Positions 50,650 through 60,486 of a DNA stretch of 64,000 nucleotides are shown in pieces. Location: assembly GCA_965206595.1 (NCBI GenBank), contig OZ242214.1, positions 4,480,001 through 4,544,000 on the forward strand, given 5' to 3'. This DNA is from Candidatus Latescibacterota bacterium (GTDB taxonomy: Bacteria > Latescibacterota > UBA2968 > UBA8231). Within the stretch, counting starts at the first letter, position 1. The number at the start of each line of letters is the position of its first letter. The translations under genes were made by a program, and so were the position numbers. Below the pieces are notes generated by a model. It had not been told where the DNA came from, made no database searches, and worked only from the letters and a program-made list of their open reading frames with translations.

Positions 50650-51570
50650 TCAGCGGGGAGAAGGGTCAACCTTTCGACGGCGTCGCCCAGGACCGTGACC
50701 TCCACTTCCGTACGGGTACCGGTCGAGACCATCCTCGGGTGAGCTCAGATAGAAACCCGAGCCAACGACAAAGTCGACTTGTACTACGCGTCCGCCTGCA
50801 CTGTACTCACCTTTGAACTCGCGGGCGTAGCCCACCTTGGGGATATCGGCGCTGTCGGTGTCGTCACTGGGATCGTCCCAGTAATACTGAACGAAGCCTC
50901 CTTCCGGGCTACCGGTCGCCGCGTCGATGATCTGCGGCAGAACGAGCTCTCCGGTAACGATGTCTCGGACAGGAAGTATCAGAGGATTAAGCTCGTATCT
51001 GTCCGGAAACGCTGCGTGTAACAGGATTATGTTGCTGGTAAGATCCAGGATGTAGAGGTACACGGAACCGTGTCTCCAGGGTCCATTCGGATCCCGCAAG
51101 GCGATCCTGGCTTTCGAGGAAGCGGCTATATCGCCGCTCCTTTGGAGTTCGAGAAAGTACTCCCCCGCTTGCGTGACGAAGGTCTTCAAGGTTTCCCGGT
51201 CCTCCACGTCCCTGGCAGTAATGGCCGGGTCGCCGTGATCGATGTCTTCTTCAATCAGGTGAGATTCATTGAGATCGAATCCGGCGAGCAACACGATCGG
51301 GAGGCCGAAATTGACCGAGAGATATAGGGCGGCATAGCCGGAGGCGCCTGGGACATCGGCTATATTGAACGGGCCTCCATCCCCGGATGCGGCGCCAGCG
51401 AAGGCGGTCAGGGCCGTCGCAGGATTGGCCAGGTCGGCTGGATTGATTCCCAATGCTTGAAGGATCGCTCCATAGATCAAGGGGTTGAGTTGCCTGCCCG
51501 ACAATGCCATGTCCTTCGAGTGAACGAACACCCTGCCGTCGGGCGTCAGTTGCACAAGGTAGGTGGAACC
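50650..51570 (-). pseudogene. Cache-domain protein fragment, 5' part disrupted by the IS481 remnant
   Basis: 'WRHGSVYLYIL...LHAAFP...IIDAA...GGFVQYYWDDP...KVGYA', homologous to 29119..29922. Confidence 0.62.
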
Positions 51571-51589
51571 GGAATGCCAATGGCTCTCC

Positions 51590-52312
51590 TCTGGCGATCG
51601 CAGCCGCATCGCCCCTGGCCGGCACGCACCACCGTCTGCGACATCCTCAAACGCCATGGCCTGGTGTCGACGGCTACAGCCGCTTCCTGCTGGGGTGCCA
51701 AGCCCTCGAGGCGCCCCAGGGGCAACTGAGCCGGCCGGTCTTCCACCGGCTCTTCCGCACCTACGGCCTGCCCCGCATCCTCCGCACCGACAACGGCGCC
51801 CCCTTCGCCTCCTCCCAGGCGCTGGGACGGCTCTCCCAACTGTCGGTCTGGTGGATCCGGCTCGGCATCTTGCCCGAGCGCATCCAGCCCGGCTGCCCGC
51901 AGCAGAATGGGCGCCACGAACGCCTGCATGGCACGCTCAAGCGGGAGGCGACCATTCCCCCCGCCGCGTCCCGCTTCGGACAGCAATACCGCTTTACCCG
52001 CTTCCGTCACGAATACAACCAGAAACGACCCCACGAGGCCTTGGAACAAAGACCTCCGGTCGAGTTCTACCAGCCCTCGCCACGTCCTTTTCCCAGAAAG
52101 CTGCCGCCCCTACCCTGCGCACTGGGAAGTTCGGCTGGTCAGTACTAACGGAGGCATCCGACGGAGTCTGGGAGGTGTGGTTCGGTCCCCTTAGACTGGG
52201 TCGCATGGACGAACGACAGCTCACCATCACCGACGCTTTGGGTAAAGCCGCTCCCCGGAAACTGTAAACCATGTTGCCGGACTATTCTGTAAAGGATGTG
52301 CCCGACCGCTCA
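51590..52312 (+). mobile_element. IS481-family insertion sequence remnant (degraded DDE transposase plus right end)
   Basis: 'VDGYSRFLL...RTDNGAPFAS...WWIRLGI..ERIQPG.PQQNGRHER.H.TLK'; right end carries repeated TGTAAACCATGT/TGTAAAGGATGT motifs. Confidence 0.8.
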
Positions 52313-52561
52313 GAGGTTCTCCTGGTGAGAGGAGGCCGACAACAAGAACCATCGATGTCGGGGTGGGCAATGTTCCGGTTCTCATCATGAGGGTTCTCCT
52401 GGTGATTGGCCTGCAGCGGGATGCGCGGCGGGCAAGAGACTGGCTAGTCCTGCAATGAACACTGCGATCGGAGCGATCGGACGCTTCATGGTGGCTTACT
52501 CCCTGTTGTAACGGTGGAAAATACGGCCGTAAGGAAAGTCGTTTCTTCAAACATAGTGTGC

Positions 52562-52720
52562 CTATCCCTCCTGCCTACCAGTCCACGACCACCCGTCGTC
52601 GGGATCAAGGCTGACTCGATAGGGGCTCGGTTCGCCTACCTGGTCCATGAGCTTGTCTTCGTCGATGATGATGCCGAGGCCGGGATCCGTGGGCAGGGGC
52701 CGGTGCCCGGTGGCGACCGG
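52562..52720 (-). pseudogene. C-terminal fragment of an enolase-superfamily dehydratase
   Basis: 'LPTDPGLGIIIDED'. Confidence 0.45.
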
Positions 52721-52759
52721 CGGCAAGGATTTGGCGAGCAGGTCCGAGTCCCGTTGCAT

Positions 52760-53246
52760 CGCCGGGAATTACGCTCTGAGGCACTTCCAGCGGTCGCTCG
52801 CTGTTCCATACCCGTGCTTCGAACCCCGTTCCGTAGCGCAGAACCTGCGCGCTGAATTCCACCTCGACGAGAGCACCGCCGTCCCCCGGGTCCAGCCGCG
52901 GAATGGCGACCGCCGCGAATTGGAATCTGTTTTCTGCCTGGGCGACACTGCTGGTTGCACCTGCGGATGCGATCCGGACCTTGATAGGGGAGGCAGACTT
53001 CCGGCTTTTTCCCGCTGGGCGGAACTGTCCGGGTTGGGCTCTGAGGAAGACTTGCGAAACAAGGGGATCGGCGCCTGGGTTGGCCGGCATGCAGTCCAAT
53101 GGCTCGTCATGGCAGGGAAGACGCCCTGTGTGTTGTGTGTCGCAATGGATGATGGGAAGAACGGCGCGGGGAGATTCTATCGGCGATTCGGATGGTCCCC
53201 GGTTGTCCGGCTGAAAAGAGGATGGACCAGAACCATATCAAGTTGA
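52760..53246 (+). pseudogene. GNAT acetyltransferase C-terminal fragment
   Basis: 'EEDLRNKGIGAW', 'AGRFYRRFGW'. Confidence 0.5.
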
Positions 53247-53338
53247 TCCTCGGCCAGCCGCCTTTCCGCGCTGTTTTCCCGGCGCCGCCGTGGCGGTCCG
53301 TGACCGACTGAATCCCTTCCTTTCCACGAAAGCGAGCC

Positions 53339-54349
53339 ATGCATCTGCAGGATCTGTTCACTTCCGGACTTGAAGGCTACCACACCTACCGCATACCCGC
53401 CCTGGCCGTGGCGTCGGACGGAACGGTGCTGGCCTTTTGCGAGGCGCGCCGCCACACCGGGCACGACGACGACGAGATCGACATTCTCCTGCGCCGCAGC
53501 ACCGACGGGGGGCGCACCTGGAGCCCCCGGCAGCTGGTCGTCGCCGACGGAGATCGCACCTGCGGCAACCCCTGCCCGGTTGTCGACCGCGTCCGCGGCG
53601 AGGTGTTGCTCCCCTTCTGCAAGGACAACCAGGAGGTTTTCGTCACCCGTAGCACCGACAGCGGGGGAACTTGGTCCGCTCCGGTGGAAATCACAGCCCA
53701 GGTGAAGGTTCCTCCATGGTCCTACCTCGGCACCGGACCCGGCCACGGCATCCAACTGCAAAGCGGGCGTCTGCTCGTGCCCTCCTGGGTCGACGAGAGC
53801 CCCGGCCCGGCAACCTGGCGCCAGCCGCCCCCCAGGTGGGGCAAGGTGCAGTCCTCCATCGCTCTTTTCAGCGACGACGGCGGTAATACGTGGAAGTCCG
53901 GCTCCAAGCTGACCCACGACGCCTCGGACGAATGCGAGGCGGTGGAAACCGCCGATGGCTCGGTGTACCTGACGCTGCGCAGCCGCGGCGGCCGCAGGTG
54001 CAGGGGCTGGTCGCGCAGCACCGACGGGGGCGAAACCTGGTCGGAGGTCGCCTTCGATCCAGGCCTGCCGGAACCATCCTGCCAGGGCAGCGTTGTGGCC
54101 CTCGGAGACGGTCGCCTTCTACTGGCGCATCCCGGCAGGCCCTACGCGCGCGCCGAGTTGACCCTGCGGCTGAGCAGGGACCAGGGGCGGAGCTGGTCCT
54201 CGGCGGGGGTGCTCGAGCCGGGGGCGGCAGCCTATTCCGATCTGGCGGTCACTTCCGAGGGGCAGGTTTTGTGCCTGTACGAAGCCGGGCAGTACGGCTG
54301 TCTGCGCCTGACCCGCTTCCATCCTTCCTGGATTGAGGCGGGTGCTTGA
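53339..54349 (+). CDS. Exo-alpha-sialidase (GH33-like, BNR/Asp-box repeats)
   Basis: 'YRIP', five Asp-boxes (e.g. STDGGRTW, SDDGGNTW), 'AYSDL', 'LYE'. Confidence 0.92.
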   Translation: MHLQDLFTSGLEGYHTYRIPALAVASDGTVLAFCEARRHTGHDDDEIDILLRRSTDGGRTWSPRQLVVADGDRTCGNPCPVVDRVRGEVLLPFCKDNQEVFVTRSTDSGGTWSAPVEITAQVKVPPWSYLGTGPGHGIQLQSGRLLVPSWVDESPGPATWRQPPPRWGKVQSSIALFSDDGGNTWKSGSKLTHDASDECEAVETADGSVYLTLRSRGGRRCRGWSRSTDGGETWSEVAFDPGLPEPSCQGSVVALGDGRLLLAHPGRPYARAELTLRLSRDQGRSWSSAGVLEPGAAAYSDLAVTSEGQVLCLYEAGQYGCLRLTRFHPSWIEAGA

Positions 54350-54452
54350 TGATATGGCCGCAGCAAAGATTTGAGGGTAAATTGCGAGACCTGTCCAATC
54401 AGGTCTCTGATGACGGACGGAAAACCGTTGGCCTACAATTTAGGCATTTCGC

Positions 54453-55917
54453 GGCTATATCCGGGTTTTTCAAAGGATATTTTATAGCATGTAACAGAGA
54501 GAGATATTGAGTGATTCACACGGTACGGAATCGGGTCGGGATCTGCGCAGGGATATCGAGGTCTCCGACGCACAGGTAAATGAGGTCGGCAAAGGCATCC
54601 AGAGATTTAAATCCACTGGCTCGATTCTTGACCATGCGGATGATGCGGTTGAGGCCTTCGGCGGCGGCGTTGGTCAGGTGCGTGTCGACGAAAGCGGTGA
54701 TGCCGGCCGCATGCTTTCGCACGGTGCCCACAAACCTGCGCAAGGGCTCCAGGCGGCTGCGCAGGGCCGCCGTCGTCCACTCCTTGAGGAAGCGTTCGGC
54801 GGCCCAGCGCGCCTTGTAGCGTCAGAAGTGCTCGAACTCGTCCTTCAGGCGCCAGGCGCGGTAGATGCGGCGGTTGGCCTTCTCCAGGGTTTTGAGCGTG
54901 CGCCGGTCCTTTGGCGAGCGCCGGGCGGAGTGATGCAGCAGCACCCAGCGCAGGCCCTTGAGCAGCTTGCGGTCCTCGCCGCAGGCTTGCCGCCACTGTT
55001 CCTTGCGCACCTCCTCGACGGCTTCGTTGAGGGCCTTGACGACGTGGAATCGGTCCAGGACGAGCTGGGCGTTGGGGCCGTGCTGCCGGATGGCGCCGAT
55101 GAAGGTCTCGCTCATATCGCAGCAGGCCCAGCGGATGCGGTCCTTCCGGAAGGCGCTGAGATGGTCCCGGAAGAACGTATCGATGGTCTCCCGTGCCTTG
55201 CCCTTGCCGACCCAGACGACGCAGGAGCGCTCCAGGTCGTAGACCAGGGTGGCGTATTTATGGCCCTTGGCGTAGGAGATCTCGTCGATGCCGAGGGTCG
55301 TCAGCGCGCGAATGCGGTGCCCCGTGCGCCGGCGCGCGATGAGCCGGTGCAACTGATCGGACAGGGTCGAAGGAGCCAGGCCCAGCAAGCGCGCGGCGGT
55401 GACCTGCGGCATCCACTGGCAGTACTTCAGCAGCAGGTATTCGAAGCGGTAGCTGACCCGGGCCGAGGGCGCCGCCCAGGGCACCTCCTCGACGTGCCGG
55501 CCGTGGGTCGGACAGCGGATCTCTCGAGGGCGGTAGTACAACCAGACGGTACGGCCGCAGATGCGGACGTCGCGCCAGCGGCGGGGCTCCATGACCCGTA
55601 CGATCTTGCCCCGGCGCCCACACTGGGGACAGCGGCACCCATTGTTGTGGGGCTGCACCGAGACCACGACGGCCGCTTCCTCCCCGTGTCCTTCGAAGCA
55701 CACGCCCACAGCGCCAAACCCCTTGAACTTGAACAGCTTGGAGACGAACTTCATAGCGGTCATAGGTCGGCTTCCCTTCCCTTTCCTGGGGAGTGCTTGA
55801 TGGGGATACACCAAGCATAGGGAACGACCTATGGCCTTGTCATGTACTCAGATGAACAGCAAGGGCTCAGGTGCTTTCCGTACTTACGTTTCGGCGTTGA
55901 AAAACCCGGATAGACCC
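54453..55917 (-). mobile_element. ISL3-family insertion sequence
   Basis: Terminal IRs GGCTATATCCGGGTTTTTCAA (54453-54473) and TTGAAAAACCCGGATAGACCC (55897-55917); flanking 8-bp near-duplication CATTTCGC/CATTTCAC. Confidence 0.9.
54516..55763 (-). CDS. ISL3 transposase, frameshifted near 54822
   Basis: Zn-finger 'CPQCG...CPTH', 'LGIDE', 'CCDM', 'DRFHVV', 'TNAAAEGLNRII'. Confidence 0.88.
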
Positions 55918-55942
55918 CATTTCACCATACGAAGAGGACAGA

Positions 55943-56414
55943 ATGGCTATTAAATGCTTTGAATGGGATATACAAGAAATTGCAAAGGCTTTGAAAATTT
56001 CGGAAAAGGCCGTCAAAGAGTATTTCAGGGATGGAAGGAGGATCTCCTTTTTGCTTGAAAGGCGGATAGCTTACGAAATGTTGGATGGTTCACTTGCACA
56101 CAGTGAAGGAGCAGGCTACGATGTTCTTGACTCTGAAGGCAAGAAATGGGAAGTTCGAAGTGTGTCGTCTGGTGGGGTATATTTCTGCCCCAGTTGTATG
56201 GTTGGTTCAGGACGAAGGTTTGAAGAATCGGGGTTTCTTAAAAAAAATGAACGAAATAGCAGGATATATTGTCTCTGATATACAGGAGTTTCCTGCGGTT
56301 CCTTGTTGGATAATTCCGGTTGAAACAGTGAGTGAATGGTGGCAAAAGGGCGAATTGGGTACCACCACCAAAATCACCAGGGATAAAGCCCTGAAGCTAA
56401 TTCGGAGGATGTGA
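55943..56414 (+). CDS. Putative type II restriction endonuclease (PD-(D/E)xK), split at an A8 run (56240-56247)
   Basis: 'GYDV...KWEVRS'; removing one A fuses ORF 55943..56278 to ORF 56085..56414; stop abuts the MTase start. Confidence 0.6.
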
Positions 56415-57695
56415 ATGAAAGTAAATCAATTACAAATTTTTGATCAGTCTGACCCCCAGACTGAATCACTTTCCTTCGAAAATTTCCAGTCAGCCGTCGA
56501 AAGATTCAATGACTTTCACAAAACGACGGTTGTTCTAAAATTCCCGGACCCAGACTTCGACATTCCCGTCTACGTAAATGAATTCTGGACTTCCCAGCAA
56601 AGAGCAGCTCATTCACTTCACGAAGTCTCGTATCGTGCTTGCTTCAAGCCTCAGCTACCAAGGTTTTTTATTCAAAGACTTTCTTGTCAAGGCGACATTG
56701 TCTACGATCCTTTTATGGGGCGGGGAACTACAGTCATTGAGGGTGCCCTGTTAGGGCGAACACCCGTTGGTACGGATATCAACCCTTTAAGTAAAATCTT
56801 TGTAGCTCCTCGACTCAACCCCCCTTCGACAGAGGCTATCTTTGAGCGACTCAAATCGATTCCCTTAGAAAAGAGATGTAGCACTTGGGAAGAATTGCTA
56901 GCTTTCTATCATCCTAGTACACTACTCCAAATAACCAACTTGCGAAACTACCTACTTGAAAAACAAGAGGATGGCAGCCTCGATGTGATCGACGAATGGA
57001 TAAGAATGGTTGCCACAAACAGGTTGACAGGTCATTCACCCGGGTTTTTTTCCGTCTATACACTACCCCCTAATCAGGCGGTTACGATTGAACGACAGAA
57101 AAAAATAAACCAGAATAGAAACCAGACGCCTCCCCAAAGAAATCTCAGAAACCTGATTTTTAAAAAATCTGTTTCACTACTTAGTAAGATGAGCAGGAAT
57201 GACGCTGAAATGCTGTGTAAATCCAGTATGAATGCTTTACTTATAACAGGGTCATCCGAAAACACACCAGAAATTGAAGGCGACTCCATTAGTTTAGTTG
57301 TTACCTCACCACCCTTTTTGGATGTGGTTGACTATCAAACAGACAACTGGTTGCGATGCTGGTTTAATGGGATAAACGCCCAATCCGTGGACATTTGGCA
57401 TATTAAGAAACCAGAGGACTGGGAAGCTGCAATGACTCGGGCCTTTCTTGAGCTGAGAAGAATCCTCAAACCAAATGGTTATGTTGCTTTTGAAGTAGGA
57501 GAGGTTCGTAATGGGAAAATCCTGTTGGAATCTCTTGTGGTGCCTGCTGCAACTGAAGCTGGCCTAGATCCCCTTCTTGTTTTGGTTAATGACCAGATAT
57601 TTACAAAGACTTCAAATTGCTGGGGCGTAGACAATCTGAAAAAAGGAACCAACACCAACCGGATAGTCCTACTAAGGAAGCCCGATATGTTGTAA
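56415..57695 (+). CDS. DNA methyltransferase (amino-MTase, probably N4-cytosine, alpha order)
   Basis: Motif I 'DPFMGRGTT' before motif IV 'TSPPF'; visibly AT-rich versus host. Confidence 0.88.
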   Translation: MKVNQLQIFDQSDPQTESLSFENFQSAVERFNDFHKTTVVLKFPDPDFDIPVYVNEFWTSQQRAAHSLHEVSYRACFKPQLPRFFIQRLSCQGDIVYDPFMGRGTTVIEGALLGRTPVGTDINPLSKIFVAPRLNPPSTEAIFERLKSIPLEKRCSTWEELLAFYHPSTLLQITNLRNYLLEKQEDGSLDVIDEWIRMVATNRLTGHSPGFFSVYTLPPNQAVTIERQKKINQNRNQTPPQRNLRNLIFKKSVSLLSKMSRNDAEMLCKSSMNALLITGSSENTPEIEGDSISLVVTSPPFLDVVDYQTDNWLRCWFNGINAQSVDIWHIKKPEDWEAAMTRAFLELRRILKPNGYVAFEVGEVRNGKILLESLVVPAATEAGLDPLLVLVNDQIFTKTSNCWGVDNLKKGTNTNRIVLLRKPDML

Positions 57696-57915
57696 CCTGC
57701 CCTTTGATCCGTTCGCGGGCAACAGTGGAGTTATCCTAATCCGGCTGGAAAAGGCGCGGAAAAACTCCTTGGATCGTCCGTTCGGCGAGGAGTTGCATAA
57801 ATGAAGTTCGGCAGGCCAGACAACACATGTTAACCTTGGCATCGACGGGTGCTGTGCTTGGTGGATAAACAGCAAATCGAACGCTAGTCCCGCCCGCGGT
57901 GCTTCCCGTCGAGCT

Positions 57916-58665
57916 ATTCAGGTACTGTCGCGCAGGTAGCGCGCAACCGCCCCCACCGGCGCCGTCCAGATGGAATCCCGCCACTCCCCGATAGTCGACC
58001 AGGTCCTGGTGCACCCCGGGATCGATGTACAGGCTGTGAGTGCCTTCGCCGACTCCGTGGATCATGTAGATGATCCAGCCGCCTGAGGCGACGGCGGCGG
58101 CGATTTCCTGCCGGAGAGGGGCGAAACCGCGGCCGTCGCCGCTGAAATGCCCCAGGGCGTTGAAGTTGATTGTCGCCGCATCGACGGCCCGGTTGTTGAA
58201 GGGGCCGCGGCCGGCGACGAACAGTTTCTCGATCAGCGGCTCGAGGCTGTGAAGCGCATCCCCCTCGCCGAGATCGGTGTTGCAGCAGGTGTTTCCGAAG
58301 GAACGCTCCTCCCTGCCGTCCAGCGACGACAGGATGGCGTTCGCGGTGCGCATTTCGTCCGTCCACCGGCGGGGGGTGTACCTGCGCAGGTCGTACTCGT
58401 CGGCGAGCCAGTCGTTGCCCGGGTTCTTGCGGCACGGGTGAAAGATGCTGTGGTTGCCGAGCTCGTGGCCCCTGGCGGCGACATCGCACCAGGCACCGGG
58501 GTTGTTCATCAGGTTGGTAATGTGGGTGTAGAAGGTCACCTTCAGTCCATGGGTTTCCCATGCGGAAGCGACCCTCTCGTAGTGACAGGGCAGGGCGTCG
58601 TCGTAGCTGATTGATACGGCTCCCTGCAGACCTTTCGGCCAGGAAAATGCCGGCTTTTCAGTCAT
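57916..58665 (-). CDS. Polysaccharide deacetylase (NodB/CE4) family protein, 3' frameshift
   Basis: 'SISYDD', 'GHELGNHS..HPC', 'WIIYMIHGVG'. Confidence 0.8.
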
Positions 58666-58671
58666 TCGGAA

Positions 58672-60486
58672 CTATTCCCCGCCCAGGGGATCCCGCGCGA
58701 GGATCCCTTCTCCCTGGGTAACCAGGTAACTGAAACCGGGGTCCATTTTTTCCCTTAGCACCTCTTCGGTCCCGTCGGGCCACCACACCCTCAGGCTGTC
58801 GACCGATGTGGCCTCTCCCAGTCCATAGGTCAGAACCAGGCTGCTCTGGCTCAGGTAGGAGGAGCCGGTGCGCACCATCCCCTGCTGCCGCTGCCCCCCC
58901 GCGGTCAGGGCGACGCGCGCGCCGATGGCGTCGCGGTTGGAAGGTCGGCCCTGCAGGCGGAAAGCGATCGCCCGGGAGCCGGAGCCTCCCTCGTTGCGCA
59001 GCAGGCGGGCGGCGCCCCCGTTCTCCGTCATCAGGACGTCCGGTCTGCCGTTGCCGTCGATGTCTCCGATGGCGAGGCCGCGCGCGACCATGGGCTGCTG
59101 AAAGACCTCTCCCGACTGCTCCGACACCTCGACCAGGATTCCCTCTCCGTCGTTCCAGAACAGCTGCGGAGCCTGGGCGTACTCGATCTCCTTCTGCACG
59201 GTGTTGATGTCCGGCTCGATGTGGCCGTTGGCGATGATGAGATCCTGGAAGCCATCGAGGTCGTAGTCGAAGAAGCGCAGGCCGAAGGTCAGGGTGGGCA
59301 GCGTCGGCTGCACCAGGCGGCTGCGGCCGGCCACGTCGAGGAACGCCGAGCTCGTCTGCCGGCGGTAGAGCGACAGGGCCTCGCGGCTGAAGTTGCCGAT
59401 GCCGATCGTGGCCACGCCGTCGTTGGCCAGCGACGCCACGTCGACCCCCATACCGGCGCGCGCCCGGCCCGATTCGTCGTAGCCGATGCCGACAGCGAGG
59501 CCGACCTCCTCGAAGCGGCCCCCGGTGTTTCTCAGCAGGAAGTTCGGCTGCGTGTCGTTGGTCACCACGAGGTCGGGAAAGCCGTCCTCCTCGAAGTCGG
59601 CCACGGCGACCCCCATCGACTTGGCATGCGGTAGTAGCACTCCCGCTTCTTCGGTGATCTCGTCGAAGTCCCCGTCGCCGCGGTTGCGGTACAGGCGGCA
59701 GGTCGAGCCGGGGTACTGCTGCGGCGTGGCGTACGACTTGTTCTCGCCGTCGAAGGAGAAGAACAGGTCGGTATCGGGGGACCAGCGCACGTAGTTGGTG
59801 ACGAACAGGTCGAGCCAGCCGTCGCCGTCGATGTCGGCCCATACGGCGCTCGTCGACCACTCGGGGTGGCTGCCTCCGGCCTCGTCCTCCCACAGGTTTC
59901 CCTGCACCCCGGAGGCCGCGGCCCTGTCGGCGAAGCGGCCGTTGCTGTTCTCGAGCAGCAGGTTCGGCCCGAGGGTGGTCAGGTAGATGTCGAGGTCGGC
60001 GTCGGCGTCGTAGTCGGCCGCGGCGACCCCCATGCCGTAGACGGAAAAGCCGAGCCCGGCGGCGTCGGTGACCTCGGCGAACGACTCGCTGCCGTCGTTG
60101 CGGTAGAGCTCGCTGGTCGGGGAGGCCCCGGCCGTGGGGGCGTGCTTTTTCCAATGGGTGCTGTTGACGAGAAGGATATCGTCGTCGCCGTCGCCGTCGT
60201 AGTCGAGGAAGGCGCAACCGCTGCCCATCGTCTCCGGCATCCACTTGTCCCCTGCGGCACCGGTTTCGTGGGCGAACTCGATGCCGGCTTCCGCGGCGAT
60301 GTCGGTGAAGCGGACGCCGGGCGGCTGCTTCCGCTCGCTTACGGAGGTGTAGTCGGGCCCCGGATCGGTCCGGGTGTACGCCGGAGGCGGGGCGGCCTCC
60401 TCGACCTTCTCTTCACCGCAGGCGGAAAGCAGGAGCAGGGCCGCGGCGCCAGCCAGCGCCGGGCGCAGCGAAGGCGGGACGGTCAT
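58672..60486 (-). CDS. CRTAC1/ASPIC-UnbV family lipoprotein with FG-GAP repeats
   Basis: Lipobox 'LLLSAC', repeated 'D.DGDG..D' motifs, C-terminal 'NRDAIGARV...GSSYLSQ...GLG...V.WPDG'. Confidence 0.9.
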   Translation of the reverse strand: MTVPPSLRPALAGAAALLLLSACGEEKVEEAAPPPAYTRTDPGPDYTSVSERKQPPGVRFTDIAAEAGIEFAHETGAAGDKWMPETMGSGCAFLDYDGDGDDDILLVNSTHWKKHAPTAGASPTSELYRNDGSESFAEVTDAAGLGFSVYGMGVAAADYDADADLDIYLTTLGPNLLLENSNGRFADRAAASGVQGNLWEDEAGGSHPEWSTSAVWADIDGDGWLDLFVTNYVRWSPDTDLFFSFDGENKSYATPQQYPGSTCRLYRNRGDGDFDEITEEAGVLLPHAKSMGVAVADFEEDGFPDLVVTNDTQPNFLLRNTGGRFEEVGLAVGIGYDESGRARAGMGVDVASLANDGVATIGIGNFSREALSLYRRQTSSAFLDVAGRSRLVQPTLPTLTFGLRFFDYDLDGFQDLIIANGHIEPDINTVQKEIEYAQAPQLFWNDGEGILVEVSEQSGEVFQQPMVARGLAIGDIDGNGRPDVLMTENGGAARLLRNEGGSGSRAIAFRLQGRPSNRDAIGARVALTAGGQRQQGMVRTGSSYLSQSSLVLTYGLGEATSVDSLRVWWPDGTEEVLREKMDPGFSYLVTQGEGILARDPLGGE

